A stretch of DNA of 64,000 bases from an uncultured virus (IMG/VR IMGVR_UViG_3300022914_000005) (Duplodnaviria > Heunggongvirae > Uroviricota > Caudoviricetes), in IMG/VR virus record IMGVR_UViG_3300022914_000005. One strand, given 5' to 3'. Shown in pieces: positions 27,147 to 36,819 of this stretch (positions within the stretch are counted from its first letter, which is position 1; each line of letters starts with the position of its first letter). The notes under the pieces were generated by a model. It was not told the origin of the DNA. It saw only the letters and a program-made list of their open reading frames with translations, and did not search any database. The position numbers and the translations under genes were made by a program.

Positions 27147-27232
27147 TCGGCTGAGATGGCCCTAGAGTTCCGCACAATAAACTCTACGATATTGCTCCGA
27201 TAAGCAATGGTCATAGTATAGAATTATTCGGT

Positions 27233-27574
27233 ATGAATGATTCACGCCCGGGCGAGACTCTATGGTCTGAGTGGTTAGGTGAAGACTACTCTTTATTCTC
27301 GAGCGGCGGAATTGTCTACTACACTATCGAGCACGTGGACATCGAGAATGAAGTTGTAAAGCGCGCTTTGGCATCGTCTCTTCAAAGAGATGGAGTAGCT
27401 CTCTCCTTAGGTGAAGGCTACAAATTTGTCGAGTCAGGTGTGCCGACACATGGATACGTCGGATACACAGACGGAGACGACGAGCCAACAGTTTGCGATT
27501 CCGACGGAGAGACATACTACGGTGACGAAATCGACGAGGTGCTAGAAGCTACCTGGGTCGAAATCGATGCCTAG
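27233..27574 (+). CDS. Acidic hypothetical protein, 113 aa
   Basis: TAGAAT 8 nt upstream of ATG; overlaps the whiB start. Confidence 0.7.
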   Translation: MNDSRPGETLWSEWLGEDYSLFSSGGIVYYTIEHVDIENEVVKRALASSLQRDGVALSLGEGYKFVESGVPTHGYVGYTDGDDEPTVCDSDGETYYGDEIDEVLEATWVEIDA

Positions 27575-28070
27575 CGGTCTAAGTAGATTCGACTGGCAAG
27601 ACAACGCAGAGTGTAAGAAGCCAGAGAATAAGCATCTTGCCCCCAACTTCTTTTCTGCCGAGCTCAGGGACAGATACGACGCTAAGAATCTTTGCTACTC
27701 GTGTCCCGTAAGAAAAGACTGCCTCAAGTACGCTCTTGAAGAAAAAGAACTTTGGGGCGTGTGGGGTGGCAAGGACGAGTCTGAAATACGAAGAGCGTTG
27801 TCAGTTTCTCACGAGGGCAAGGAAATACGACGAACAAGATTCCCGAATTGCCCATATTGCGGAGCCCGTCCGGTCAAGCTTCAAGTTCTTGTGCGCCCAT
27901 CACCTGAAGGCGGACGTTGGCCGACAATGCGATTAGTAAATTGCACAGAGTGCGACTTCACCTGGAGAAGTAGAACAAGCGCAAACGCTGTAAGCGCATA
28001 TCATTCAGCGCGAGAGAAGTCTAAAAAGAAGGCCGAGTCTTCAAAAAAGAGAAAGCCTAAGAAGACGTAA
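27567..28070 (+). CDS. whiB: WhiB-family transcription factor with C-terminal zinc ribbon
   Basis: WQDNAEC..AKNLCYSCPVRKDCL..GVWGG; extra CPYC..CTEC and a basic tail. Confidence 0.88.
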   Translation: MPSGLSRFDWQDNAECKKPENKHLAPNFFSAELRDRYDAKNLCYSCPVRKDCLKYALEEKELWGVWGGKDESEIRRALSVSHEGKEIRRTRFPNCPYCGARPVKLQVLVRPSPEGGRWPTMRLVNCTECDFTWRSRTSANAVSAYHSAREKSKKKAESSKKRKPKKT

Positions 28071-28071
28071 G

Positions 28072-28227
28072 TCAGTCGTGGCTGTGATCTCTTGCCGCAG
28101 CAAGAGACTGAGAAAGCGACGACACAGTCGCTTCTAGCATCGCAATCTTCTGCGCCTGCTGCGCGATCTGCGCGGTGAGACTGTTAATCACCTGCTGGAC
28201 ATCAAGTTGCATGTCTGGGTTTTCCAT
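28072..28227 (-). CDS. Small coiled-coil protein, 51 aa (below ORF-track cutoff)
   Basis: MENPDMQLDVQQVINSLTAQIAQQAQKIAMLEATVSSLSQSLAAARDHSHD; TAATG coupling to the upstream ORF and GAGG RBS. Confidence 0.7.
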   Translation of the reverse strand: MENPDMQLDVQQVINSLTAQIAQQAQKIAMLEATVSSLSQSLAAARDHSHD

Positions 28228-28493
28228 TACGTGTACCTCTGTCTTTTTACGAAGTCAATCAGCTCTTGATCGACCGCTACGTGATTCGGGGATAATTTTA
28301 TACCGAGATCGCTAGGAAAGTTTAGACCAACGTTAGTTTGAGCCGGAACCGCTAAGATTCTTCCCGCGGTCTCGCAAATAAAGCACGACTCGTCATCTAC
28401 CCAACTTACACCGCAGTCTGAGCAACAGTAAAGTGTAGAGTTCTTGTCTAGTGCTGAGAAGACAATGTCAGACGCGAAGTCTTCTACCTTCAT
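28227..28493 (-). CDS. Small CxxC..CxxC protein, 88 aa
   Basis: CSDC..CFIC; TAGAAT 7 nt upstream of ATG. Confidence 0.65.
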   Translation of the reverse strand: MKVEDFASDIVFSALDKNSTLYCCSDCGVSWVDDESCFICETAGRILAVPAQTNVGLNFPSDLGIKLSPNHVAVDQELIDFVKRQRYT

Positions 28494-28507
28494 GCGCGAT
28501 ATTCTAA

Positions 28508-30139
28508 CTACCGAGCTTCCTTAGCACTGAACGAAGCGGCAGTATTGGCAAAGAACTGATTCATAGTGTTCGCGCTTCCGCCAAGAACAGTGGCAGTGTT
28601 GTTGATGAATCGGTACATCACAGAAGTGCCAGATGACGCGCCGTGAGTGTCGACAACTCTAACAAAAATTGGCGCGTACTGTTGCTGAAGAGTTCCGCCA
28701 GAGTTTTCTTCAGTAGCGCCAACTTGAACGCTCTGAACGTCTGTCCATGAGCTTCCGCCGTTAGTGCTTCTTTGTAGAAGCAAATACGGCTCTTCGTCTG
28801 TCGCAGTCACAGACTGAAAGACTCCACCCAGTTCTACAACGTTCTTCGTAAATCCACTAGTTACGGTCACTGTCACAGACGCAGCGGATCCGTTAGCATC
28901 CTGTATTGGCGAACCGTCCGTGATAGAAGCGTTTGCGTTAGACCCAGCGGCAGTGAGGTTGACGTCTGCCGTGTCTCCTTCGTATGTTGATAACGGGCTC
29001 GGTGAAAAGTTTGATCCGTCATAAACTAAGAAGTCTCCGGCTGCCGGTGGGGAAAATCCCATTGACACATCTGAAAGAGTGTCAAGATCGATTGGCCTGT
29101 TGATCCAATCTGCTCCGTCAAAGTACAGATGATCTCCAGATGTAGGAGTGACTACTGTAAAGTCAGTGTCGCTAAGATCACCTAACGCGTGATTGGCGAT
29201 GCTACTGACAGTCCCAGTGAATGTCGCATCGGTGCCGTCAGTGCCATTGTCGAGAATCTTAGACGTTCCGTTTCCAGCATAGATGTCGCCAGTGACACTG
29301 CCTGTAACGTCACCAGTGACATTTCCAGAGAGACTGGCAGTAACACTATTGAACGTGACGTTGTCCGTGGTCCCGACGGCTTGGCCAATAGCGATTGACG
29401 GTATCGACCCTTCTCCAATTGTCCCGCTTAGAATTACACCGGTGCCAGCAGTCAATGACTCGACATAGTCGCCTGTGGTGTCAGTGCCGAGCGCAACTGC
29501 GCCGCTTTGCACAGTTGTTGAAACAGTTATCGTTCCATTAGCAAGATCAGTAAGCGTCGCGCTTGCTGAACCTGCCACGTCTCCAGTGAGGGTTACGGTG
29601 ATCTCAGGGTCCGGCTTGTTGAGAACATTTGACCAGTCGACCTGCGCGTCGATCTCTCCGATTGTACCTGAGAACACCTCAGAGCTATTCGTCGCGTCTG
29701 GGACGAACGTGAATTTGCCGGTGGAATCGTCAAAGCCAAAGAAGCCGACTTTTGCTGCTGCACCATTATGCCAGCGGAACTCGACACCGCGATCTTTGTT
29801 GTCGTCAGACGCTGGAGCAGTGTCTCCACCAAGAGTGAAGATCGGATCATCAACAGTAACAGTCGTCGAGTTTGTTGTCGTTGTTGTGCCGTTGACGGTT
29901 AAGTTCCCTGTCACCGTAAGGTTACCGCCAATTGATCCGGCGCCGCTCACAGTCAACGAAGTGAGCGTCCCGACGGACGTAAGACTTGAGCCAAGAACGG
30001 TTGAGGCAAGAGAATACGACGGCGAAGAGTACGTAAATCTCTCGTCAATTGCTTGAATAGCAGTATTTAACGTAGAACCCCAGCCGGTGTCTCCGTTTTC
30101 TGGGAGCGGCGTCGCTCCATCAATTAAATATGTAGCCAT
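28508..30139 (-). CDS. Tail fibre-like virion protein, 543 aa
   Basis: WGSTLN N-terminus, GNLTVTGNLTVNG, DDNKDRGVEF, LSDTD/LSDV..GDxLxYDG repeats; downstream of tape measure. Confidence 0.7.
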   Translation of the reverse strand: MATYLIDGATPLPENGDTGWGSTLNTAIQAIDERFTYSSPSYSLASTVLGSSLTSVGTLTSLTVSGAGSIGGNLTVTGNLTVNGTTTTTNSTTVTVDDPIFTLGGDTAPASDDNKDRGVEFRWHNGAAAKVGFFGFDDSTGKFTFVPDATNSSEVFSGTIGEIDAQVDWSNVLNKPDPEITVTLTGDVAGSASATLTDLANGTITVSTTVQSGAVALGTDTTGDYVESLTAGTGVILSGTIGEGSIPSIAIGQAVGTTDNVTFNSVTASLSGNVTGDVTGSVTGDIYAGNGTSKILDNGTDGTDATFTGTVSSIANHALGDLSDTDFTVVTPTSGDHLYFDGADWINRPIDLDTLSDVSMGFSPPAAGDFLVYDGSNFSPSPLSTYEGDTADVNLTAAGSNANASITDGSPIQDANGSAASVTVTVTSGFTKNVVELGGVFQSVTATDEEPYLLLQRSTNGGSSWTDVQSVQVGATEENSGGTLQQQYAPIFVRVVDTHGASSGTSVMYRFINNTATVLGGSANTMNQFFANTAASFSAKEAR

Positions 30140-30173
30140 GTCGTCTCCGTTCTCAGACCTTATTCATAATATC

Positions 30174-33100
30174 TTAGACAAACGCGCCTTTGCGTAGTTG
30201 AAATGCTAGTTGACGTGAAACCATCGCCGCGAGTTCTGCTTCATCCATGCCAGCAGACGGGTATACGTTCAGCGTAATTCCGCCGCCAGAGAGCTGCTGA
30301 ATGATTGCGCGATCTCGAGTCGACAAACCCTGCTCGTCGAGCGGCTCAACGCGCTCTCTACGACCACCTTCACCGATCACAGCGAGCATTCCGCCGGACA
30401 CCGCTGGGACAATTCCACCCTCAGCAAGGCCGCCGGCAAACGCTCGCATGTTCGCAGCAAGAGCCGCGCGATCTCGTCCCGCCGATATCTGCACGGCTTG
30501 GAACAACGATGTGTTGTCGCCGACCGTTGTTGCGTTCTCGAACGTCGGGATTTTGGGGACCGAGATGCTTCTTCCGCCAATAACGGGAATCCAGTCCGGG
30601 GCAGTCCAACTTAGCTTACCAGCAGTATTATTCCAAATGTTTGCAACGAAGTTAAATGCCGTTTTGAACGCTCCAGTAATTGCCCCAGCAACTCCAGAAA
30701 TAAAGCTACCAACCTTTTGGAAGCCGAGACCGATTCCGTTAAGAACGCCTTCTACGACGTCAGAAACCACACTAAACGCGGTGCTAAAGATATTTCCGAT
30801 CCCAGAGATAACGCCTGTGATAAAGCCCCACGCCTTTGAGAACGCTGTCTTGATCCCTTCCCAAACTCCTCCGATAAAGTCTCCGATACCAGAGAAGATC
30901 GCGCGAATGTCGACACCGAAGATGTCTTCTACCCAGTCGAGAATCTTACCGAAGATCTCCTTAAGAAAGTCCCACGCGAACTGAATCGCAGTCGAGATCG
31001 CGCCCTTGATCTTTTCCCACGCTTTTCCGAAGTGTTCGCTGACGCCGTCCATGTCGCCTTTGAACAGCGCAAAGATTCCTTGCACGAACTCCCAGACGCC
31101 CTGGAACACTTGAATGATTGACGAAACTATCCCGATGAAGTAAGAGATCGCTATAGCGGCAACGTCAATTGCCTCAACAAGAAGAAATTGAATCAACGGG
31201 ATAATGTACGTCCCCATGAAGTCGCCAACCTGGCCCATCCAATAGTTGAGCGACTCCCAGGCTCCGTTCATACCGCCAAACGGCTCGAGCGCTGCATCGA
31301 TAGCTTCTTTAATGGTGTAAAAGGCGTTAGTTAGTGCTACGAACACTCCGGAGACAAGATCCATTACGGCAGTTCTAAACGTCTCGCTGTTCTGCCACAT
31401 CAAAACCAACGCGCCGATGACAGCGCCGATAGCTGCTACCGCTCCGCCGCCAGAGAGAAGAACTCTAAATAGCGAGGTCCCTTTGGCTGCTAACAGCTCG
31501 CTAAGCGCATGGATGCCGCCACGAAACTTCTTCACTACATCGAACGCTTTAATGAAGTATCCAGCGAACACCTTGCCAAAGAACCCACTGACCTTTAGCA
31601 TGAGTTGTACGCCTTTTGCAGCACCCAAGAACGCGGCTGTCATGAGGAATATCTCACGCACTGTTTCATTTGCAAGAGCCTTGTTTAGATACTCAAGGCC
31701 TGTTGTAAGAACACCAAAGAAGTTCTCAATTGACTCGGACTCGGTGAAGTACGCTAGTGTTTCACCAAGCGTTAACATGAACTCTGCAACGGCAGGTCCG
31801 GTGCTTGTTAGCGTATCAAATGCCCCCTCGAGCATCTGCAACCCGCCGCCCTGATTGAGGGTGTCAAAGAATCCCTTGATTCCCGGGTTGTTGCCGAGAC
31901 GAATAAATACTCCTGTAAGTCCAGCAAGAAATCGCGATATTGACGCAAAGTTTTCTGCGATTTCAATGAAGAACGTCTCCAGTCGGCCGTCCTCGAGTGC
32001 CTCTTCAGTGAACGTTGCCCAGCGCTCTGTTGCCTCCTGGAACAGATCTAAAAGATTCTGACCGCCGCTACCCGGACCGGCTGCAGCCGCTCCGAGATTC
32101 ATAAGAGCATCACCGATGTTACTAAAGATCTCACCGAGCTGCGCAGCTACGTCGCCGGCTCTGTTGAAGTACTCCGTGAGCTCACTTACTTCGCCCTCAG
32201 CGGCCGAGTTCATGTCCTCGAGAGATGTCTTCCATCTCTCGGTAACTGTGACGATCCAGTCAACGAACCGCTGAATCAGTGGCCCAGCAGCGTCAAGAAG
32301 CGAGAGAAGCACATCGTAGAGATTACCAAACGCCTCACCAAGACCTTCGATGACGTAGACGTTCGTGTCGCCAATTCTCTCCAGCTCTTCGAGATTGCGC
32401 GCCTCAGTAACTACATCAGCGATGTGAACGGCGACTCGGCCAAGAGCACCGCCTGTCTTCTCAAGTATTCTCTCAAGAACTGGGAAAAGATCGTCAACCA
32501 GTTTCTGAATCGCTTGCTCGAGAGGTCCAAACAGTTCTCGGCCCGCGGCGTGCTTGAGCTTTAGCATGTCGCCCTCGAGCCCGACAATGAACTCCGCGAA
32601 TCTTCTAGCCTCGTCGCTAAGCTTGTCGAGAGCAGACGTTGTCGAGGCCGCCGCGTCTTCAGTCCCTTTACGCGCTTTCTCGAGCTCCTTCTCCGCCTCG
32701 AGCTGCGCGCGGATCGCGTCACGCTCTGCTCTTGCCTTGTCGTCAATGGCTTCCTGAACTCTCTCAGTAGCGGCGACAACCTCGTCAGAACCTTCAACAC
32801 CCTTGCGGTTTGCCTCTTCTGTCTCAGCAGCAAGATCGGAGTTGCGATCTTTCGCGCGGCGAAGATTTAGATCTGCTTCAGCGTACGCAAGTTCAGCCTC
32901 GCGACGAGCTCTTGAGTTTGGTGGCAGATCCTGCACCCTAGCGAGTGTCTCACGCGCTTTCTCAAGCTCGATTGCAGCACGGCGCTCTGAGATTGCAGCG
33001 TCTTCTGCGTCAAAGTTTAGTTGCTGAAGACTTTCGGCAGCTTCTTTTCTCGCCTCGGTGAGATCTCGCTCGGCTCTCTCTAGATTCTTGTCAGCGCGAG

Positions 33101-33635
33101 CAAGAGACTCTCTGTTTGACTCAAGAACACGAAGAAGCCTGTTCTCGGCTTGCTCGATTCTTTCGGCATTGTCTTTTGCAGCCTTACTTGGCTTCTTGAG
33201 CTCTTTGATCGCGTCGCCCATGCCGCTAAACGCCAGTTTAGCTGCCAGTGCACCCTGGCCTATTGCAGCGAATATTCCAGGAAGAACGATAAGAGCCGGA
33301 GCGGCCGCAAGAGCCGCGGAGGTGACTGCGAATAGTCCAGTGACAAGCGCTGAAATGCTGCTGATGACACCAGCGATAGCGGGCCCTAGAGCATACCCGG
33401 TGGTGACCATCTTAAAGAACGCGTCATTTGCTTGTAGAGCAGCTTGTCTGAACTTTGCAAACGCTCCACTCGTTCTGTTAAGATTTTTTCTTACTCCAGC
33501 CGAGAACTGGTTACCGGCACGATTTCCAATTCTACCAAAGTCCTTCGCGGAATCGTTAAGAGCGTCTTTGATCTGATTTTGGAAGCCAATTGTGATCGCA
33601 TTTACGGTAATAAACGCAGAACCGACTACAGCCAC
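30174..33635 (-). CDS. Tape measure protein, 1153 aa
   Basis: MAVVGSAFITV start, coiled coil, W/F-periodic helical repeats, LAEGGIV..IGEGG..E.V.PL C-terminus; follows the chaperone genes. Confidence 0.9.
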   Translation of the reverse strand: MAVVGSAFITVNAITIGFQNQIKDALNDSAKDFGRIGNRAGNQFSAGVRKNLNRTSGAFAKFRQAALQANDAFFKMVTTGYALGPAIAGVISSISALVTGLFAVTSAALAAAPALIVLPGIFAAIGQGALAAKLAFSGMGDAIKELKKPSKAAKDNAERIEQAENRLLRVLESNRESLARADKNLERAERDLTEARKEAAESLQQLNFDAEDAAISERRAAIELEKARETLARVQDLPPNSRARREAELAYAEADLNLRRAKDRNSDLAAETEEANRKGVEGSDEVVAATERVQEAIDDKARAERDAIRAQLEAEKELEKARKGTEDAAASTTSALDKLSDEARRFAEFIVGLEGDMLKLKHAAGRELFGPLEQAIQKLVDDLFPVLERILEKTGGALGRVAVHIADVVTEARNLEELERIGDTNVYVIEGLGEAFGNLYDVLLSLLDAAGPLIQRFVDWIVTVTERWKTSLEDMNSAAEGEVSELTEYFNRAGDVAAQLGEIFSNIGDALMNLGAAAAGPGSGGQNLLDLFQEATERWATFTEEALEDGRLETFFIEIAENFASISRFLAGLTGVFIRLGNNPGIKGFFDTLNQGGGLQMLEGAFDTLTSTGPAVAEFMLTLGETLAYFTESESIENFFGVLTTGLEYLNKALANETVREIFLMTAAFLGAAKGVQLMLKVSGFFGKVFAGYFIKAFDVVKKFRGGIHALSELLAAKGTSLFRVLLSGGGAVAAIGAVIGALVLMWQNSETFRTAVMDLVSGVFVALTNAFYTIKEAIDAALEPFGGMNGAWESLNYWMGQVGDFMGTYIIPLIQFLLVEAIDVAAIAISYFIGIVSSIIQVFQGVWEFVQGIFALFKGDMDGVSEHFGKAWEKIKGAISTAIQFAWDFLKEIFGKILDWVEDIFGVDIRAIFSGIGDFIGGVWEGIKTAFSKAWGFITGVISGIGNIFSTAFSVVSDVVEGVLNGIGLGFQKVGSFISGVAGAITGAFKTAFNFVANIWNNTAGKLSWTAPDWIPVIGGRSISVPKIPTFENATTVGDNTSLFQAVQISAGRDRAALAANMRAFAGGLAEGGIVPAVSGGMLAVIGEGGRRERVEPLDEQGLSTRDRAIIQQLSGGGITLNVYPSAGMDEAELAAMVSRQLAFQLRKGAFV

Positions 33636-33693
33636 GTGTCATCACCTCCTTCCATACGTGTCATGCAACATAACTATTCTAGCCCACTTGAGA

Positions 33694-34136
33694 CTACCCT
33701 AGAGGCTCGTCTAGTGCCGCGCCGAATGGCAGTCTCGAGTTCTCATTGACACGGGTTGGCGGAATGTACGGCTTAGTCTCTCTCGAGCGCTGGAACGGAT
33801 CTATTGGCGTGGGAATATCCTCTACCTCGAGATCCTCATCTAACGGCCCGCCGATTCCAGGAGATGCGGCAGTGCGCTTTGTAGTAGGCGCAGCGTATCT
33901 GTACTCTCTGTGGTATAACTGACTGTAGAGCATAGACCTAGACTTGTCTCGCGCTTCTGCCTGCTCTCCAGTCGTGATGTGAATGAAATCTTCCTCGAAG
34001 AAGAAGTGCAACACATCGAGCATATCGCTCATTGGGAGCTGCTTAAGATCTACGCCTAGAGTTATTGCTTTGCCGTTGACGTACGGCCAGAGATCTAACG
34101 CCCAGTGGGTTAAGCTTCTGGCCGCGACGTAGGGCG
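33694..34136 (-). CDS. Tail assembly chaperone C-terminal extension (probable -1 frameshift product)
   Basis: This frame is open from just inside the end of the 34110..34457 ORF (LTHWALDLWPYVNG...) to 33694, immediately before tape measure. Confidence 0.65.
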
Positions 34137-34457
34137 CTCAGAGTACGTCTCCATCAGCCATGTGACAATCTCCATAATCTGATCAATCTGAATCAGCTTA
34201 TCTGGGTCCTTGCACATTTCATCAAAACGCTTGTACTCTTCTTCACCAGAAAGAACTGCCTTAAAAAAGTCGTCAATAACAGCAGCGTTTGCCGCAGGGT
34301 TGCTGTCGTCGCCGGTTCTAGAAGCAAGATCAATCATAACCTTGCCAGGAATACCGCGACGGCAGTTGAATGTTTCTCCATAGAGAGAAAACTGAACTTC
34401 TTCAGCATCTTCTTCAATAGTAGGTGAACCAAAGTCTTTAAACTTCGCCATTGTCAT
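34110..34457 (-). CDS. Tail assembly chaperone, 115 aa
   Basis: Upstream of tape measure; ends WLMETYSERPT, typical of actinophage chaperones. Confidence 0.8.
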   Translation of the reverse strand: MTMAKFKDFGSPTIEEDAEEVQFSLYGETFNCRRGIPGKVMIDLASRTGDDSNPAANAAVIDDFFKAVLSGEEEYKRFDEMCKDPDKLIQIDQIMEIVTWLMETYSERPTSRPEA

Positions 34458-34531
34458 CTCCGTGTATGTGTCAGCACTTCATTCCTGTGCATGTCATTAA
34501 TATTTTATCTTGTAGAGACGTTGAAGGTGCT

Positions 34532-34924
34532 CTACGTGATAGCTAGATACAGATTGTTTGATAGATACCTGTTTGCACGAGTACCTGGGTGATCTACGCG
34601 CTCAGTATGCACAATTGCGCCACCGCGACCGCGGAATCGCAATGTCTTACCGGGACTAGGAAGAATAACGTGCGGTCGTGTGCCCTCGTGATGCATATAC
34701 GCGTAATTGAGATCAGATCCTACGAGCATCTGTTGCCCATACGCAGTTCTGTTGTGCTCTAGGTGAATTGACGCCTTAAGTGCTCCGGTCTTTACCCCCA
34801 CCTGCGCTTGCGCGGCCACCTTAACCTTAAGAGCGCGACGCTCCAGATCTCGCCCTACAGCACCGCCGCGCGACTTTAAAAGCACGTCAAGTGCAGGGTA
34901 GTTCCAAACTATTGTAGTAGTCAT
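34532..34924 (-). CDS. HK97 gp10-like neck/tail-completion protein (130 aa from ATG 34924)
   Basis: VKTGALKASI..YAYMHHEGTRPH..HPGT.ANRYL; TAATG coupling. Confidence 0.75.
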   Translation of the reverse strand: MTTTIVWNYPALDVLLKSRGGAVGRDLERRALKVKVAAQAQVGVKTGALKASIHLEHNRTAYGQQMLVGSDLNYAYMHHEGTRPHVILPSPGKTLRFRGRGGAIVHTERVDHPGTRANRYLSNNLYLAIT

Positions 34925-35427
34925 TACGGGATAGCCAGAGTTAGCTGCATTGTAGTAAGTTGAAAGCCGCCCTGAGGTGGTGGAGTATCTACAGTTCCAA
35001 TTACTCCAAGGCCGAAACCAGTTTCGTCCCACTGATCAAACAAGTCAATTGCCTGTAGTAGAACCCAGGCGTCAACTGCTGTGATCTTAGAGGCGTCTTG
35101 AATGTTTGCTGCTGTCGGCGGACGACCGTTCACTGAAACTATCGGTATTTCTCGTGCAACCGTGACAAGAACAACAGCAGTTCTAGGGACGTTGCACCTC
35201 TGCGGTGTAGACGCTTGATCCCCAGGCGGCCCAAGATACGCTTGAAGAAGTGTAACTGTCAACTGCTCGCAATCAATTGCTGTCTGGCCAACAGTGTAGT
35301 ACCTTCTAGACGGTATCGGGACATTGTACGACTCAAACGTAGACACAGTTCTAGTAAGAACTCCATCAAGAAGAGTGACAATGTTTAGAGCGTCGCTAGA
35401 CACACCAGAAATATCAACTATCGACAT
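34924..35427 (-). CDS. Putative tail terminator/neck protein (167 aa from ATG 35427)
   Basis: DCEQLTV..PQGG motifs; located between adaptor and gp10-like gene. Confidence 0.6.
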   Translation of the reverse strand: MSIVDISGVSSDALNIVTLLDGVLTRTVSTFESYNVPIPSRRYYTVGQTAIDCEQLTVTLLQAYLGPPGDQASTPQRCNVPRTAVVLVTVAREIPIVSVNGRPPTAANIQDASKITAVDAWVLLQAIDLFDQWDETGFGLGVIGTVDTPPPQGGFQLTTMQLTLAIP

Positions 35428-35428
35428 A

Positions 35429-36793
35429 TCACGAGCCAATCGTGTACGTAGAAACGACGTTAGACGCAAGAGCGATTCTTAGATTTCCAGAAGTAACGTA
35501 CACTGTTTCTTCTGCACCGCCACTTGTTCTTGTTGCGTATAGGTCCCACGAGCCGCTGTCAATCATTCCCAGCACTGATAGAGCGTCCTCGTACGTAACA
35601 GTTACAGTAAGCCTGTCGTCAGTTACCGACTCAGCAGTTCCAGCTACAGCAGTTTCCGCGACGTCTGATGCGACCCTGTCGTACGTAAATGTTGTAGACG
35701 TCGGGACGGTCTCAATGGTGTACGTGCCATCGAACGTTGAATCGATGCCTGAAACTACAACCTCAGTACCGACATAGAATCCGTGGTTCGACGATGTAGT
35801 TAGCGTAACAAGATTAGAAGAAAGCTCGGCAGTTGACACAGACACTGTTGTCGGCGTTGGGTCAGTAATAGTGGCTGCCCCTTCGAGCTCTAGCGACTCG
35901 GTCTCGGCGTAGCTTCTGATGTACACTTTAGTCGACCACCCGCCTGCGGCTAAGAACAGAGCGTTTAGCGAAGAAAGAGAGACGTCTGTGCTGCCTGAGC
36001 CGCTGCTTGCTGAGACGTCAATATCTGCAATGCCGCTCGGGTACTTCAATGGCTTGGGCGCATTGCGCCTAGCTCTTGGAACATCTGGCGTAAACACTCT
36101 TGCGCGGGCCCTGGCTCGATCCGGGTTAGACGCTCTTAAGAACAGGTCAACGGCGTATATGCCAGTTTTAAGTTCGTCGATAAAGTCTTGATTGTCAAGA
36201 ATAGTGTAGGAAACACCCTGTCTTGATATAGAAGTTACACGCTCTGGAAGATCGCACGGGTCGCCAGCCCACAGTTTTGCGAACTCCATCGCAAGTGTTC
36301 TTGCGGCCATCTTACCAATGGTTGGCGGTTCTACTCCGTAGGAGTAAGTGACTTCAATGTTGCAAGGTGTCCACGCAACACCGTCTCGTGCTTGAAGTGT
36401 TGAGTGATCGACTAGATAGTATTTGTCTGGGCTGATTATAGTGCCCACTCTGTTTCTTACTGTGTGAATCTTAGTCACAGGCCGACCGCGAAGACGAATA
36501 CGTGAAGACGGTGTAGTACCGTCTGAGGTCATGTCTTCATAAAAGTCAATGTCGTCTGAGTAGTAATTGTACATGTCGCCTTCGATAAGAGCAGCCTCAA
36601 TGTTTCTGTAGCTTGGCCCAAATCTAAACGACCGACCCGCGCAAATGTAGCGCTCAGTTACCGTAGTCGTCCCGCTATACTTTCTTCCAGACAACGCCCA
36701 GAGAAGATTAGAAGCCGATTTCGCCGCTTCGTATGAAAACTCAGTCTCAGCGTAGTCGCCAAGTTCTTCTGGCGTAACCCATAAATTTGGCAT
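35429..36793 (-). CDS. Head-to-tail adaptor with C-terminal extension, 454 aa
   Basis: LWALSGRKY..VTYSYG..CDLPERVTSISRQGVSY..TGIYAVDLF..NP. Confidence 0.75.
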   Translation of the reverse strand: MPNLWVTPEELGDYAETEFSYEAAKSASNLLWALSGRKYSGTTTVTERYICAGRSFRFGPSYRNIEAALIEGDMYNYYSDDIDFYEDMTSDGTTPSSRIRLRGRPVTKIHTVRNRVGTIISPDKYYLVDHSTLQARDGVAWTPCNIEVTYSYGVEPPTIGKMAARTLAMEFAKLWAGDPCDLPERVTSISRQGVSYTILDNQDFIDELKTGIYAVDLFLRASNPDRARARARVFTPDVPRARRNAPKPLKYPSGIADIDVSASSGSGSTDVSLSSLNALFLAAGGWSTKVYIRSYAETESLELEGAATITDPTPTTVSVSTAELSSNLVTLTTSSNHGFYVGTEVVVSGIDSTFDGTYTIETVPTSTTFTYDRVASDVAETAVAGTAESVTDDRLTVTVTYEDALSVLGMIDSGSWDLYATRTSGGAEETVYVTSGNLRIALASNVVSTYTIGS

Positions 36794-36819
36794 CGTTCTC
36801 TACCTCTTTTGCAGCAAAT

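Noticed and set aside
27151..27214. CTGAGA near three stems as a hammerhead ribozyme
   Set aside because: The required GAAA core and stem arrangement are missing.
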